64,000 bases of DNA, taken from assembly GCF_009914755.1 (NCBI RefSeq), contig NC_060938.1; one strand, written 5' to 3'. Made by a program: the position numbers and the translations under genes. Position 1 is the stretch's first letter. The number at the start of each line of letters is the position of its first letter. The stretch comes from the human T2T-CHM13v2.0 reference genome, Homo sapiens. The notes under the pieces are model-generated. The model was not told the DNA's origin. It was given only the letters and a program-made list of their open reading frames with translations, and ran no database searches. Positions 27,801 to 40,177 of the stretch are shown here, one piece after another.

Positions 27801-28461
27801 AAAATACATAAATATATATATTTTATTTGTAATACTTTTTTCTCTTACCTGATTTAGAAGATAACTTCAGAAAGAAACACCTACAAATCCACTTGTTGTT
27901 CAGCACAACATGTATAAAGATGTAATTTGTGTGATAATAACAGCCTGGAGAAAGGGGGAAAACAGAGCTATATGGAAGCAAAGTTTTAAAAATATTATTG
28001 AAATTAAATAGATATTAATCCAAACTTGATTGTTGTAAGTTAAGGTGATAATTGTAAGCCCCAGGGAAACCACTAATACAAGATAATTAAAACGATATAC
28101 CAGCAAACATATGTTTAACATGAAAGAAGACTATAATAAGAAATAGAGAAACATAAAAGATACAAGACATACAGAAACAAATAACAGAGTAGCAGATGCC
28201 CTACCTTATTATTAATGACTAAATGTAAATAGATTAAATACTTCAATTAAAAGGCAGATATAAGCAGAATGGATTGAAAGCATGACTTATCTATATGATG
28301 CCTATAAAAAACTCACTTTTGATTCAAACATACAAATAGGTTGTCAGACGATTCATGAAAAAAATATATAGTATCCCAACAGCCATAAGCAAAAGAGTTG
28401 GAGTGTATATATCAACATCAGATAAAATGGACTTTATAACAAAACATCTTTATATATATAT

Positions 28462-28734
28462 ATTTTTTTTATTATACTTTAAGTTTTAGGGTACATGTGC
28501 ACAACGTACAGGTTAGTTACATACATATACATGTGCCATGTTGGTGTGCTGCACCCATTAACTTGTCATTTAACATTAGGTATATCTCCTAATGCTATCC
28601 CTCCCCGCTTCCCCCACCCCACAACAGGCCCCGGTGTGTGATGTTCCCCACCCTGTGTCCAAGCGTTCTCATTGTTCAATTCCCACCTATGAGTGAGAAC
28701 ATGTGGTGTTTGGTTTTTTGTCCTTGCGATAGTT
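28462..28734 (-). mobile_element. L1PA4/5-like 3' end fragment
   Basis: attatactttaagttttagggtacatgtgcacaacg...acaggccccggtgtgtgatg...tccttgcgatagttt. Confidence 0.9.
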
Positions 28735-28935
28735 TAATAGAGAGAGAAGGACATTGTGTAATGATACAAGCATAAACCTATCAAGAAGATTAAACAATTT
28801 TGTACACATATGTGTATGTGTTTATTTATTTCATCAAATGGCAACAGAGTCCTAAAATACATAAAGAAAAAACTTACGTAACTCAAGGGAGAAATAGAGA
28901 GTTTGACAGTAATAGACAAAAATTTTAATACTTTT

Positions 28936-29271
28936 TTTTTATTATACTTTAAGTTTTAGGGTACATGTGCACATTGTGCAGGTTAGTTACATATGTATAC
29001 ATGTGAAATGCTGGTGCGCTGCACCCACTAACTCGTCATCTAGCATTAGGTATATCTCCCAATGCTATCCCTCCCCCCTCCCCCCACCCCACAACAGTCC
29101 CCAGAGTGTGATGTTCCCCTTCCTGTGTCCATGTGTTCTCATTGTTCAATTCCCACCTATGAGTGAGAATATGCGGTGTTTGGTTTTTTCTTCTTGCGAT
29201 AGTTTACTGAGAATGATGATTTCCAATTTCATCCATGTCCCTACAAAGGACATCAGCTCACCAAAAAAATG
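28936..29271 (-). mobile_element. L1PA2-like 3' end fragment with 11-bp TSD
   Basis: aactcgtcatctagcattagg (sense: ctagatgacgag). TSD ttaatactttt at 28925-28935 and 29272-29282; TTTT/AA endonuclease site. Confidence 0.9.
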
Positions 29272-31071
29272 TTAATACTTTTAAGTAGAGCACTAAGATA
29301 GAAGATCAGCAAGGAAATAAAAGACTTGAAAAACTCTGTAAGTCGCCTAGACTTAATGTATTTATAAAACACTCCACCAAACAACAATAGAATACATAGT
29401 TTCCTCAAGTGCACATAGAACATTCTCTAGGATAAACGATATATTAGGCCCTAAACCAAGTCTCACTAAATTTAAAAGGATTAAAATCATGCAAACTATG
29501 TTTTCTGATTACAATGGAATGAAATTAGAGATCAGTAACACAATAAAACTTGAAAAATAAACAAATAGTGGAAGTTCAACAACATATTCCTAATATCCAT
29601 AGGACCAAAGAAAGAATTACAAGGGAAATTATAAAATGCTTTAAGATGAAAATGAAAATACAGCATACCAAAACATACCTAAATCTTTGTGACTTCGGAT
29701 TAGGCAACAATTCCTCTGATTTGACACCTAAAACACAAGTAACCAAAGAAAAATAGATATTTAATTTTATCAAAATTAAAAACTGTTGAGGTTTAAGTGA
29801 CACAATCTAGAAAGTTCAAAGAAAACTCACCAAATGAAAAAAATTGTGAACTTATGTCTGACATGGGTCTTGTATCCAGAATATGTAAAGAACTCTCAAA
29901 AATAACAACTAAAAAGACAAATAACCCACTTAAAAATGGGCAATGGATTTGAATAGACTTTTCTCCAAACAAGACATGCACATAACTGTAACCACATAAT
30001 ATTGCTCAACACCATTAGTCGTTAATAAAATGGAAATTTAAACTACAATGATATACCAATTCACAACCATTAGGATAGCTGAAAGTAATTTAAAAAATGG
30101 AAGATAACAAATGCTGTCAAAATTGTCAAGAAATTAAATTCCTTATCTATTGCTTGTAAGAATGTAAATTGGTGTAGCCACTCTGGAAATCTGTTTGGTA
30201 GTTCCCCAAAAAGTGAAACATATGCCCCAGAAATTCCAATTCTAGTCAGCGTTCATAGGTTTTTATTTCATTTCAGAGATATAAGATGTTTATCCAAAAA
30301 CTTGTACACAAGTGTTCACAGCAGCAGTACTATTGACAATCAAAACTGGAAACAACCCAAATTCCCATCAACTGTTGAATGAATAAACAAAATTTCTATA
30401 TCCTTACAATGGAATATTACATAGCTATAAGAGGGAATACAGTATTGATACATGTCATAACATGGATGAAACTTAAAAACAATATGCCAAGTTAAGGAAG
30501 CCAGACACATTATTATTATGTCATATCACTTATTAGAAATGTCCAGAATAGACAATTCCAAAGAGTCAGAAAATAGTTTAATGGTATCCAAGGGCTGCAT
30601 TTAGGGAGAATGGGAAGTAAATGCTAACGGTTATGGGGTTTCTTTTGGGGTTGTGGAAAATGTTTTAGAGTTAGACAGTGGTGATAGCTGCATAACCTTG
30701 TTAACATGATAAAATTTACTGAATTGTACACTTTAAAAGGATAAATTTCATGGTAAATGAATTATAAATCATTTTAAAAGAGAAGTAAACAGTATTCATG
30801 AATTTTTTATTTAAAAAAACAGTATGAACTTCCACTTCCAGCCATGAGGTAGTACTGGATTTAATTTCGCTTCATAATCAATAGGAAAACTGGATAAAAT
30901 ATATCACTACATTGTGTTTAAGCATTAGTCTACATGCAACACAAGACTAAGATCCTTGAGAGAATAAAACATAAGATTAATATTATGATCAACACATTTT
31001 CCTCCATGGAGGTACTTTCCACATCTCAGGGCAGCAAAGGTAATTCAAAGCAGAGCACAGTTGACTTCATG

Positions 31072-31143
31072 AGTTAGAATCCAGAAAACGGAGTTCAGAG
31101 AGTTAGCAGTTAGAATCCAGAAAATGGAGTTCAGAGAGTTGGC
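31072..31143. repeat. Tandem duplication, 2 x 36 bp
   Basis: agttagaatccagaaaa(c/t)ggagttcagagagtt(a/g)gc occurs twice with 2 mismatches. Confidence 0.9.
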
Positions 31144-31268
31144 GATGGCCAAAATCTACATCCAGGACAACAACAACAACAACAGAAAAATTACATAGAA
31201 AAAAACTCTCCAGAAGTTTCTATGGGGCCCACTTGAGTTGTTACTGAATAGTAAGCTGAGTACACAAA

Positions 31269-31588
<320 letters not shown>

Positions 31589-34500
31589 TTAGTCGATCCT
31601 GGGCAATGCCTTAAATATCAGATAATTCCTTAATACTAAGGCTAAAGTAGCTTAGAGAAGCCTACTCTAAACCCATCCTAAAATATTTAAAAATAAAATG
31701 ACATAATTAGCCTAGCCCACAAGTAACTTTGCGACTGAACGAAGACTACTACTTTTGAATAGGAAAAGAAAGAATCCAGCACTCAGAAATATTTTTAGTG
31801 TCCATTAATAAATGTAATAAAGCATAAAAATATACATCATAATGAGTAGAATTGGAAACTGATTCAAATAAGCTCAGAAATTACCAAGATGTGGAAATTA
31901 GAATAAAATAACTTTAAGAGAGCTGTCATAAGTATGCTCAAGTATATAAATAAAAAATATAAACAGAATGAAGAGAGGAATGGAATATATTAACAACATC
32001 AAGATTTCATGAGGTGAAAAATGTTAGACACCACAAAGGAAATGATCAGTAAACTAGAAGACACAGCAATAGAAAATCTCTAAACCAAAGTACAGAGACA
32101 AAAATGTGAAAGGAAAAACTGAACAGTGTCACAGCAATATGCAAGCGAATGCCAACTGGCCTAACAAGTATGTAACTGGAGTTCCAGAGGAAAGGATAAA
32201 ATGGGGACCAAAATGTTCTCAATTTGATTGAAAGTTATAATAAAAAAAGTCAAGAAGTTCTACCAACCTCAAGCGAGATAAATCAAAAGAAAATCACAAG
32301 AAGACATATCACAATTCATATGGGAAACTTGTCATACAGAAAATATCTTACGGTAGCCATGGATAAAAGAACAACCATATACTGAAAAACCAGGATTTGG
32401 ATAACTGAGTACTTATTATAAAACAGGATTAGAATTGTTAAAAAAAAAACAGAATGAAAACAACAGAGTCCACACAATCATTTAAGTATGAAAAATATCC
32501 TTCAAAATGAAAGTGAAATGAAGACTTTGTAAGTCAAACAAAAGCAAGACATATCATGGTTGATATAATTCTACTACAAAAATGGAAAGTAAAGGAAGTC
32601 CCAAATTAAAAAAAAGTAGCAAGGTAGTAGACATAAACCCAACATATCATTTACATTATATGTAAATAGTATAAGAAGTCTACTAAAAGGCAGACATTGC
32701 TAGAATGAACAATACAAGCAACAGCCAACTATTTGCTGCCTACCTTGAATCCACTTTAAATATAAAGACACAGACTACTTAAACATAAAAAGATGAACAA
32801 AGATATACAATACAATGCAAATAGTAATTATAAAGGAGCTAAAGCAGTCATATCAATATCTGACTCTGTAAATTTCAGAAGAAAAAATATAATCAAAAGT
32901 AAAGAGAAGCATGTCATATGATAACGGGCTTAATCAATCATGAATACATACCAATCCTAATCTTTTTGCACCTAATCTCAGAGTTTAAAATAGATAAAAT
33001 CAAATATTTCTTCTTATCAAATCATATCTTCCACCTGACTTGAAAAATAACATAAACATAAAAACCTACAAAAAATGTTTATAGCAGTTTTATTCATAAT
33101 CACCAAAAACAGAGAAAAAGCAACCAAGAAGTCCTTCAATATACAAATGGATACACAAACTGTGGTAGAAATACAATGGGATACTATTCCATATAAAAAA
33201 GAATGAGCTATTAATCCATGCAACAATAAGAATGAATCTTGAATGTATATTGCTAAATGAAAGAAGACAGTTGAAAAGGCTACATATTGTACAATTTCAT
33301 TTGTCTCATGTTCCGGAAAAGGCACATCTGTAGGCATGGAAAACAGATGAATGGTTTCCAGGTGTTTGAGGAGGGGAAGTGATTATCTGTAAAGGGGTGC
33401 ACAGGGGAGTTTTGATCATGACACATCTAGACTGTATGGTACTAGAGTCTTAAGTTTTGTGTTATGAACCTAGAGTCCCACTAATGCTCAAATTCTTTAT
33501 TTGAACTCAGAAGTATAAATGTTTGCAAAATTATTTGGAGTCTCTTTACTAGAATCTATAGATACAGCATTTCTATTGTATTAATAAAGCAGCTTTCACT
33601 TTTTTACTCTAGAATCCTTGCCCTAGAAACCAAGCACATGGCTTTTGTGAAGCTGTCAAAATGCCAAGGTGTTTGCCATGTAATATGCACAGTCACATGA
33701 TGACTCCCCATCAATTTTTGACACTCCCAATAGTGCTTTTCTAAAGCTCTTCGGAAGCACAAAGAAGTAGCTAACAAAATTACTCATTGCTTTTTAAAAA
33801 AAGTGTTACATCTCTTACAGAACAAAGCATTTCCATTAGGCCTGCTGCTTCTTCCATTTGTGAGATCCTCAAGGTGATGCACTATAATTCTTGTGGGCAA
33901 ACAAATTGTCTCACGTAATTATCCGTGATTAAGGTGATTTCTGCTATGACAATTCTCCTCTGGGTCTCTTGGTCACTACAGTCCAGTGATGTCAAATTCC
34001 TAATTAGCTTGTAATAATCGTGATGGCTTTTCTTGTATCAGTGTGCTGAGTATACTGATACTTCAGAGTGTAAAGGGTGAAGACTGAAGTCTGGAAAGAC
34101 ATGGATTCTCTATCTTTGTCCCTCATCCAATGGCTCCCGGTGAATTTTGTTTTCCTGGGTAGGTGCTGATATTTTAAGGCCAAGGACAGAGATTGAGTCA
34201 GAACACAGAACAGAGACCAGAGACAGTCAATTATCCTCCATATTGTTTTAAATTAATCTTTGAATATTCTGTGCCCATTTTACCTATTTACTGTTGTCCC
34301 AATACCTAACTCTGAAGAGCAATTGCTGCATTACTTTACTAAAACCAGGAGTTTTACCCTTTTGATTGGATATACTTTAATTTCAATATAATATTGTATA
34401 ATTATTCTTATCTTTGAATTGACTTACTCATTTTGGATCATGTTTTTCAAAAACCGGAGACTGCATTTGGGAGAGGGAATTCTACTCTTTTTTGAGGAAA

Positions 34501-35366
34501 CACAGAGCACCTGGGAGGGTATGTAATTTGCTTACAATTATAAAGTTATTTAGTGAAAGATAGAATTGGAAAATATATTTTCTATATCCTAGGCTAATAT
34601 GTGTATTTAATTTTTAAAAATTACATATTCTTTTATCTCAATAACTTTTAGGATACAAGAGGTTTTTGGTTACATTGATAAATTATATAGTAGTGAAGTA
34701 TAACATTTTTAATGTACCTATCACCCACAAACACAAGTAGTGTACATTGTACTCAATATGGCTAATACATTTTTGATAGTCCATAATGTCTTTGGACAGC
34801 TTCTATTGATTTGAACTTCAGGTTTTTAAAGCTTATAGTTTAGAATGGTCCTTGTTAATCTATGACTAGAAAGTAATAATATAAACCACTAATGAAATTC
34901 AACATTTCTTGCTGGATATATATTCTATTTGTGAACAAAAGCATATCCCATGTATAATTCCTTAAAATATACTTTAAAATATTACTACTATTATGGTAAA
35001 TTCATTATATCACTACTGCACAAGATGTTTGATTTAGTTACATAATGATTATATGTATATATATATTACATCTGTGAGAAGCAAGTAAAAAGTCACCTAC
35101 ACTTTGAATCAAGGGAAAGTCAGATGAAAGGAAGAAAACCCAAAATTTTCCCTGATGAAATTTTTGATAAAATGATGCAATATTCCTACTACTTCAGAGT
35201 CTTTACAGATCCCAAATCATATAAAAATCACTATTATTGATGGTACTTCCTAAAACATTCTCCAGTTTTATAGATCCAGTGAGGCTGAATCCTTTGCAAA
35301 ATTGTGAAGCAGAAGGTTTTGTTTTCAGCATTTCTTCTTTTCAGTCTACTCTTTTTCTCCTTTCAG

Positions 35367-35631
35367 ATTTCTGACTGCTCCAAATGCTCCTTTAGTTGCC
35401 TAAGACTTAGATTAAGATACAGCATCCAGACCTGTCTCACCTCCTTGAAGACAACTCAGCTACAGAAACCCTGAATCCACTTCTGTCTTATTTAGAAGTA
35501 AATTCTTTACGACTTATCTCCTGAGGGATTGTTCTGTTTTCTTAGGAGATGTGGAAGTAACAACAAAATTATTCCCAAGCATTAATGCCTATAGATTACA
35601 GGATAGCTCCACACTTTCCATTTCACCTTAG
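35367..35631 (+). other. Candidate 5' non-coding exon of the intact OR gene
   Basis: Acceptor ctttttctcctttcAG ends at 35366; consensus donor AG|GTAAGT at 35631/35632; near-O/E motif TCCTGAGGGA at 35519-35528. Unique sequence about 3.4 kb upstream of the CDS. Confidence 0.4.
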
Positions 35632-37168
35632 GTAAGTGAAAGTGTTTTTTCAGCATCCTTCTGAAGACCATGAACCAGCATTTGTCTCCAATATAGTCTA
35701 TAATAGAGAGACTGCTATTCCTCTGATCCACATTTGGAGTGGGAGGGTCAGAGGAACAGCAATATCAGCAAGTTTGTGAAAGATATCTATTTGAACTGGT
35801 AGAGTTTGGTGGCCCCTGTAAACGATACCTATTTATTTCACTTCATCTATAGTCATAATATCTGAGATAGAAATATTGAGGCAAGATTCATTTGACAGAA
35901 TTTAAAATAGGAGGGAACTGAGGTTTGCCAAGCACAGCCCTGTATACATGCATTAATCCATCTTCAAATTTTCAAGAATTTTTTTTTTAAAAAAGGTCTT
36001 TACATAAACACATCTACTTATTGGAAACTCATTATTGTGTGAGTCAGACCACATAATGTAAAATTATGAGAAAATATTTACTTCTTCTGATCTAAAATAA
36101 TACATTACTAAGAATGCATACATATACTTAGTCACTACAGTTGGTTAAAGAATTTTCATTTACATAATCTTTTAATAAATATTTTTAGTGTCTCTTTAAG
36201 GTTAATAGTCTCAAGATTTAATATTTGATGATAATAGTCCCTGAATGGCTAAAGGAACTGCTCAGTGTCACACAGTTACCCAATGATACAACATAGAACA
36301 TTTTAAAATAATAGCTTTGTTTTCACTACAGTACAGTGATTTTATTGGGAACAAAAAGACAGTCCGTTTTATCTAATAGGGAATGTACTGGGGGTAAAGG
36401 GAAGTGAATTCATCAGCTTGTCTAAATAACAAAGGGTTATTAATATTAGCAAATAATTTTTAGGGAGACAAGTTATAAACCTAACTGCCTCATCACCAGT
36501 GCATAGCACAGTGTCTGGGGAAAAGCAGGTATTTAAATTTATATAAAGTAAATGAACTAAACATGAATGGATTTAGGTAAGAAACAGGTTCAGAGTTCAT
36601 GTGTTCCACCAGTTTCATCTTATATACTAAGAAAGTTCTTGATTGAATCAATTTGCCCAATGTTTTTCTCCATGAAAAACAGGGTCTTTTCTTTTCTGAG
36701 CACCTGAAGAAGCCGATGAAAATGGAACAACAGAGTTCTGCAGAAGAGTCAGAAAAGCTATTGGGAGGATGATTCTTATGACTGTCTTTCACACAGTTGG
36801 ATTATGTGTCTTAGCCTAAAGACACCAGGAAGTTTCTGTGCTCAGAAATGCCTCCTGATGCCCCTCTCTGCTGCAGCACCGGAGGGTCTCCGTAGGACAC
36901 TCATTCCTTGTGCTTATGGCTTTGCTCTTTCTGATGGAGTACCTATGAACTCCTATTCACTGATTTTGTTAGATTTTACTTCCATTCATGCCTTAGGGAT
37001 TCAATGCAGTATTTATGTCACAGGATTGAAGGGTCAGGACTTCTGGGAAGTGAGAAGAAAGAGAGATTTGTATAATTTTTTTCGGTAGCCTGCTTTACCT
37101 TCAAGCTCCACTTGTTAAACTCTTCCAAAAAGCCTAGAGCCATAGTTTTGATATAATCTGTGATAATA

Positions 37169-37505
37169 CAAGAGTCCTCCCTTATCCATGGTTTTGTTTT
37201 CAGCAGTTTCAGTTACCTCAGGTCAACTGTGGTCCAAAAATATTAACCTATTTTGAGAGCGAGAGAAAGAAAAAAAAGAAACACATTCACATAAATGCTA
37301 TTTCAGTATATTGTTATACTTTTTTATTTTATTGTTAGTTATTACTGTTCATCTCTCTCTGTGCCTAATTTATAAATTAAACTTTATCTTAGGTATGCAT
37401 GTATAGGAAAAATATAGCTTATATAGGGTTCAGTACTATCAGTGGTTTCAAGCCTCCACTGGGGTTCTTGGAACACATTATCTGCAAATAAGGGAGAAAA
37501 TTTGT
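37169..37505 (+). mobile_element. MER44A-like Tigger MITE
   Basis: gtcctcccttatccatggttttg...gtttcagttacctcaggtcaactgtggtcc...gggttcagtactatc...aaataaggg. Confidence 0.75.
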
Positions 37506-38344
37506 ATTTTTGGGGGGAGAATTGGAGATTTGAAATACAGAGGTGACTCCAAATTTGGTTTCTGAGAGTTAAAATTATTTATCACGTGTTCTGTTCTTAT
37601 AAATAAACCCTCCAATCTAACCCAAAGAGAGACTAAGCAATTTGCAGCTATGATCTAAGAAGACATTAATATCAAAAGTTGCAAGTGGTTAGAAATGATT
37701 AAAATAAAAGACATCCTCTCCCAAGACCTGATTAAGATGTAGAGAAAGATTCTTCAAAATCAGATAATGTAATGCTCCTTTAAAATTCACATTTTATTTT
37801 TTCCTATTTTCCATAAAACTTTTATAAGTTCTAAATAGCTTCTACAAATAAAAATAACAAAAGGAAGAAAGCTCTGATAACATAGAATATAGAGTAACTG
37901 AATAGAAAAGAAAAATCATTTTTTTCCTGGTCTGAATTCCTTAGTAATAAGTAATATAACTTATTAGTTATATTAGTATTTATAGTAAGCAATATAACTT
38001 ATAAGTTTTTAAGCCACATCACATCAAATGAAATATCAATCATAGCTCAATAAAATGTCTATGGTTAGTAACACCAATGGCTAAGTTTAAAGAAGCTTCA
38101 TACCTTCAGGGATTAATTGAAAGGAACCAGTGTGCTAGATTTCATGATAAAGTAGAACTCCATGAAGAGCTGAATCATAAAAGAGTTCCAATAATATTGG
38201 GGCCTTTCAATTTTGCCAGGGTTCTGTACTTTAGTTTATATAATTTTTAACTGTAGAGAAGAAATAAGGTATAATCACTTAAGGCAATGATTTCTCCTGT
38301 GAGCTCTCTTATGCAAATCTAATGCTGTCTCTCTTTCTCTCTTG

Positions 38345-38660
38345 TTTTAATTTTCATAATTATGCAACTTATGTATACAAAAGTGAAAAAAGCAAAAGTT
38401 CATATTTCAGTAAGTTTTCATAAAGTAAATACTCCCATGTAACTATCAACCACATCAAGAAAGAATATTACCAGCACTTCAGAAGCCCCTCCCATGACCA
38501 CTTCCTGTCCCTTAAGGATAACTGCTAGGAGGTTTTTCTACACCTTAGTTTGCCATTTTTGAACTTCATTTAAATAGACCAATACAGTGTATACTCTTCC
38601 GTATCTAACTTTTTAAGTCATCAAGTTTGTGAAATTATCTTCCTCTGTGGCAGATGTTCA
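38345..38660 (-). mobile_element. L1ME-type 3' UTR fragment
   Basis: actcccatgtaactatcaaccacatcaagaaagaatattaccagcacttcagaagcccc...ttagtttgccatttttgaacttc. Confidence 0.65.
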
Positions 38661-38980
38661 AAAAATTTTTATATCATTTACTTTAGAAAAAATTGGTTTA
38701 GATTTTGTCTCCGTAGATTTTTAGACTGATTTCTGTAGTGTCACAAAAACTTCAGATGCTCAAATTCATTTTTAGATTGTTGATTTTATTTCTTAAATTA
38801 ATGTATTTAGATATCCCAGTTGGTTGAACATCTCCTTGACAACCCTCCCCTTTAACGCAATCTTCCATACTTAGCTGTACTAGCTGTATAACTTGTAATA
38901 ACTCATGAAAACCCAGACACATACATAGCAATAGGAATTGGAATTCTGAAAAGTTTAAGTGTAATTGGAAAATCAAACCC

Positions 38981-40027
38981 ATGCTCACTTCATTAACTGA
39001 TCTCTGTTTCTCTCCTATTCAGGTAGCTGAAATTAAGTCCCTTCCAAAATCGATGAATGAGACAAATCATTCTCGGGTGACAGAATTTGTGTTGCTGGGA
39101 CTGTCTAGTTCAAGGGAGCTCCAACCTTTCTTGTTTCTTACATTTTCACTACTTTATCTAGCAATTCTGTTGGGCAACTTTCTCATCATCCTCACTGTGA
39201 CCTCAGATTCCCGCCTTCACACCCCCATGTACTTTCTGCTTGCAAACCTGTCATTTATAGACGTATGTGTTGCCTCTTTTGCTACCCCTAAAATGATTGC
39301 AGACTTTCTGGTTGAGCGCAAGACTATTTCTTTTGATGCCTGCCTGGCCCAGATTTTCTTTGTTCATCTCTTCACTGGCAGTGAAATGGTGCTCCTAGTT
39401 TCCATGGCCTATGACCGTTATGTTGCTATATGCAAACCTCTCCACTACATGACAGTCATGAGCCGTCGTGTATGTGTTGTGCTCGTCCTCATTTCATGGT
39501 TTGTGGGCTTCATCCATACTACCAGCCAGTTGGCATTCACTGTTAATCTGCCATTTTGTGGTCCTAATAAGGTAGACAGTTTTTTCTGTGACCTTCCTCT
39601 AGTGACCAAGTTAGCCTGCATAGACACTTATGTTGTCAGCTTACTAATAGTTGCAGATAGTGGCTTTCTTTCTCTGAGTTCCTTTCTCCTCTTGGTTGTC
39701 TCCTACACTGTAATACTTGTTACAGTTAGGAATCGCTCCTCTGCAAGCATGGCGAAGGCCCGCTCCACATTGACTGCTCACATCACTGTGGTTACTTTAT
39801 TCTTTGGACCATGCATTTTCATCTATGTGTGGCCCTTCAGCAGTTACTCAGTTGACAAAGTCCTTGCTGTATTCTACACCATCTTCACGCTTATTTTAAA
39901 CCCTGTAATCTACACGCTAAGAAACAAAGAAGTGAAGGCAGCTATGTCAAAACTGAAGAGTCGGTATCTGAAGCCTAGTCAGGTTTCTGTAGTCATAAGA
40001 AATGTTCTTTTCCTAGAAACAAAGTAA
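38981..40027 (+). CDS. OR4K15: Olfactory receptor 4K15 (class II OR, 7TM GPCR); likely true start is ATG 39053 (MNETNHS, 324 aa)
   Basis: Intact 348-aa ORF with GN, LHTPMYFLLANLS, MAYDRYVAICKPLHY, FCGPN..FFCD, STLTAH and NPVIYTLRN motifs and N-glycosylation sites NET/NHS. The sequence is recognised as human OR4K15. Confidence 0.93.
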   Translation: MLTSLTDLCFSPIQVAEIKSLPKSMNETNHSRVTEFVLLGLSSSRELQPFLFLTFSLLYLAILLGNFLIILTVTSDSRLHTPMYFLLANLSFIDVCVASFATPKMIADFLVERKTISFDACLAQIFFVHLFTGSEMVLLVSMAYDRYVAICKPLHYMTVMSRRVCVVLVLISWFVGFIHTTSQLAFTVNLPFCGPNKVDSFFCDLPLVTKLACIDTYVVSLLIVADSGFLSLSSFLLLVVSYTVILVTVRNRSSASMAKARSTLTAHITVVTLFFGPCIFIYVWPFSSYSVDKVLAVFYTIFTLILNPVIYTLRNKEVKAAMSKLKSRYLKPSQVSVVIRNVLFLETK

Positions 40028-40156
40028 ACTTATGAGACTGTTACCACTTTAGCCCTGTCTCCATACACTTACAAGTGGATTCACTGTAATCTTAAAGCAA
40101 ATCAACTTGGCCTGTGGGAAAGCTCAGTTGATCGATTTGAAGCAAACTGTAATGAT

Positions 40157-40177
40157 AATAAAAACTCATGAAATAAA
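40157..40177 (+). terminator. Candidate polyadenylation signals of the OR gene
   Basis: AATAAA at 40157-40162 and 40172-40177, 130-150 nt after the stop, followed by T-rich sequence. The region is AT-rich, so chance matches are possible. Confidence 0.35.

Larger units (their letters stand above)
27900..30780 (+). mobile_element. Old L1M (L1MA/MB-type) ORF2 and 3' UTR fragments hosting younger L1PA inserts
   Basis: Endonuclease-region-like sequence (caattaaaaggcaga, actcaagggagaaataga). 3' end tgaattgtacactttaaaagg at about 30720-30780. Confidence 0.7.

Noticed and set aside
31072-31143. 36-bp tandem duplication as a functional array
   Set aside because: Only two copies, inside a decayed L1 5' region; an ordinary slippage duplication.
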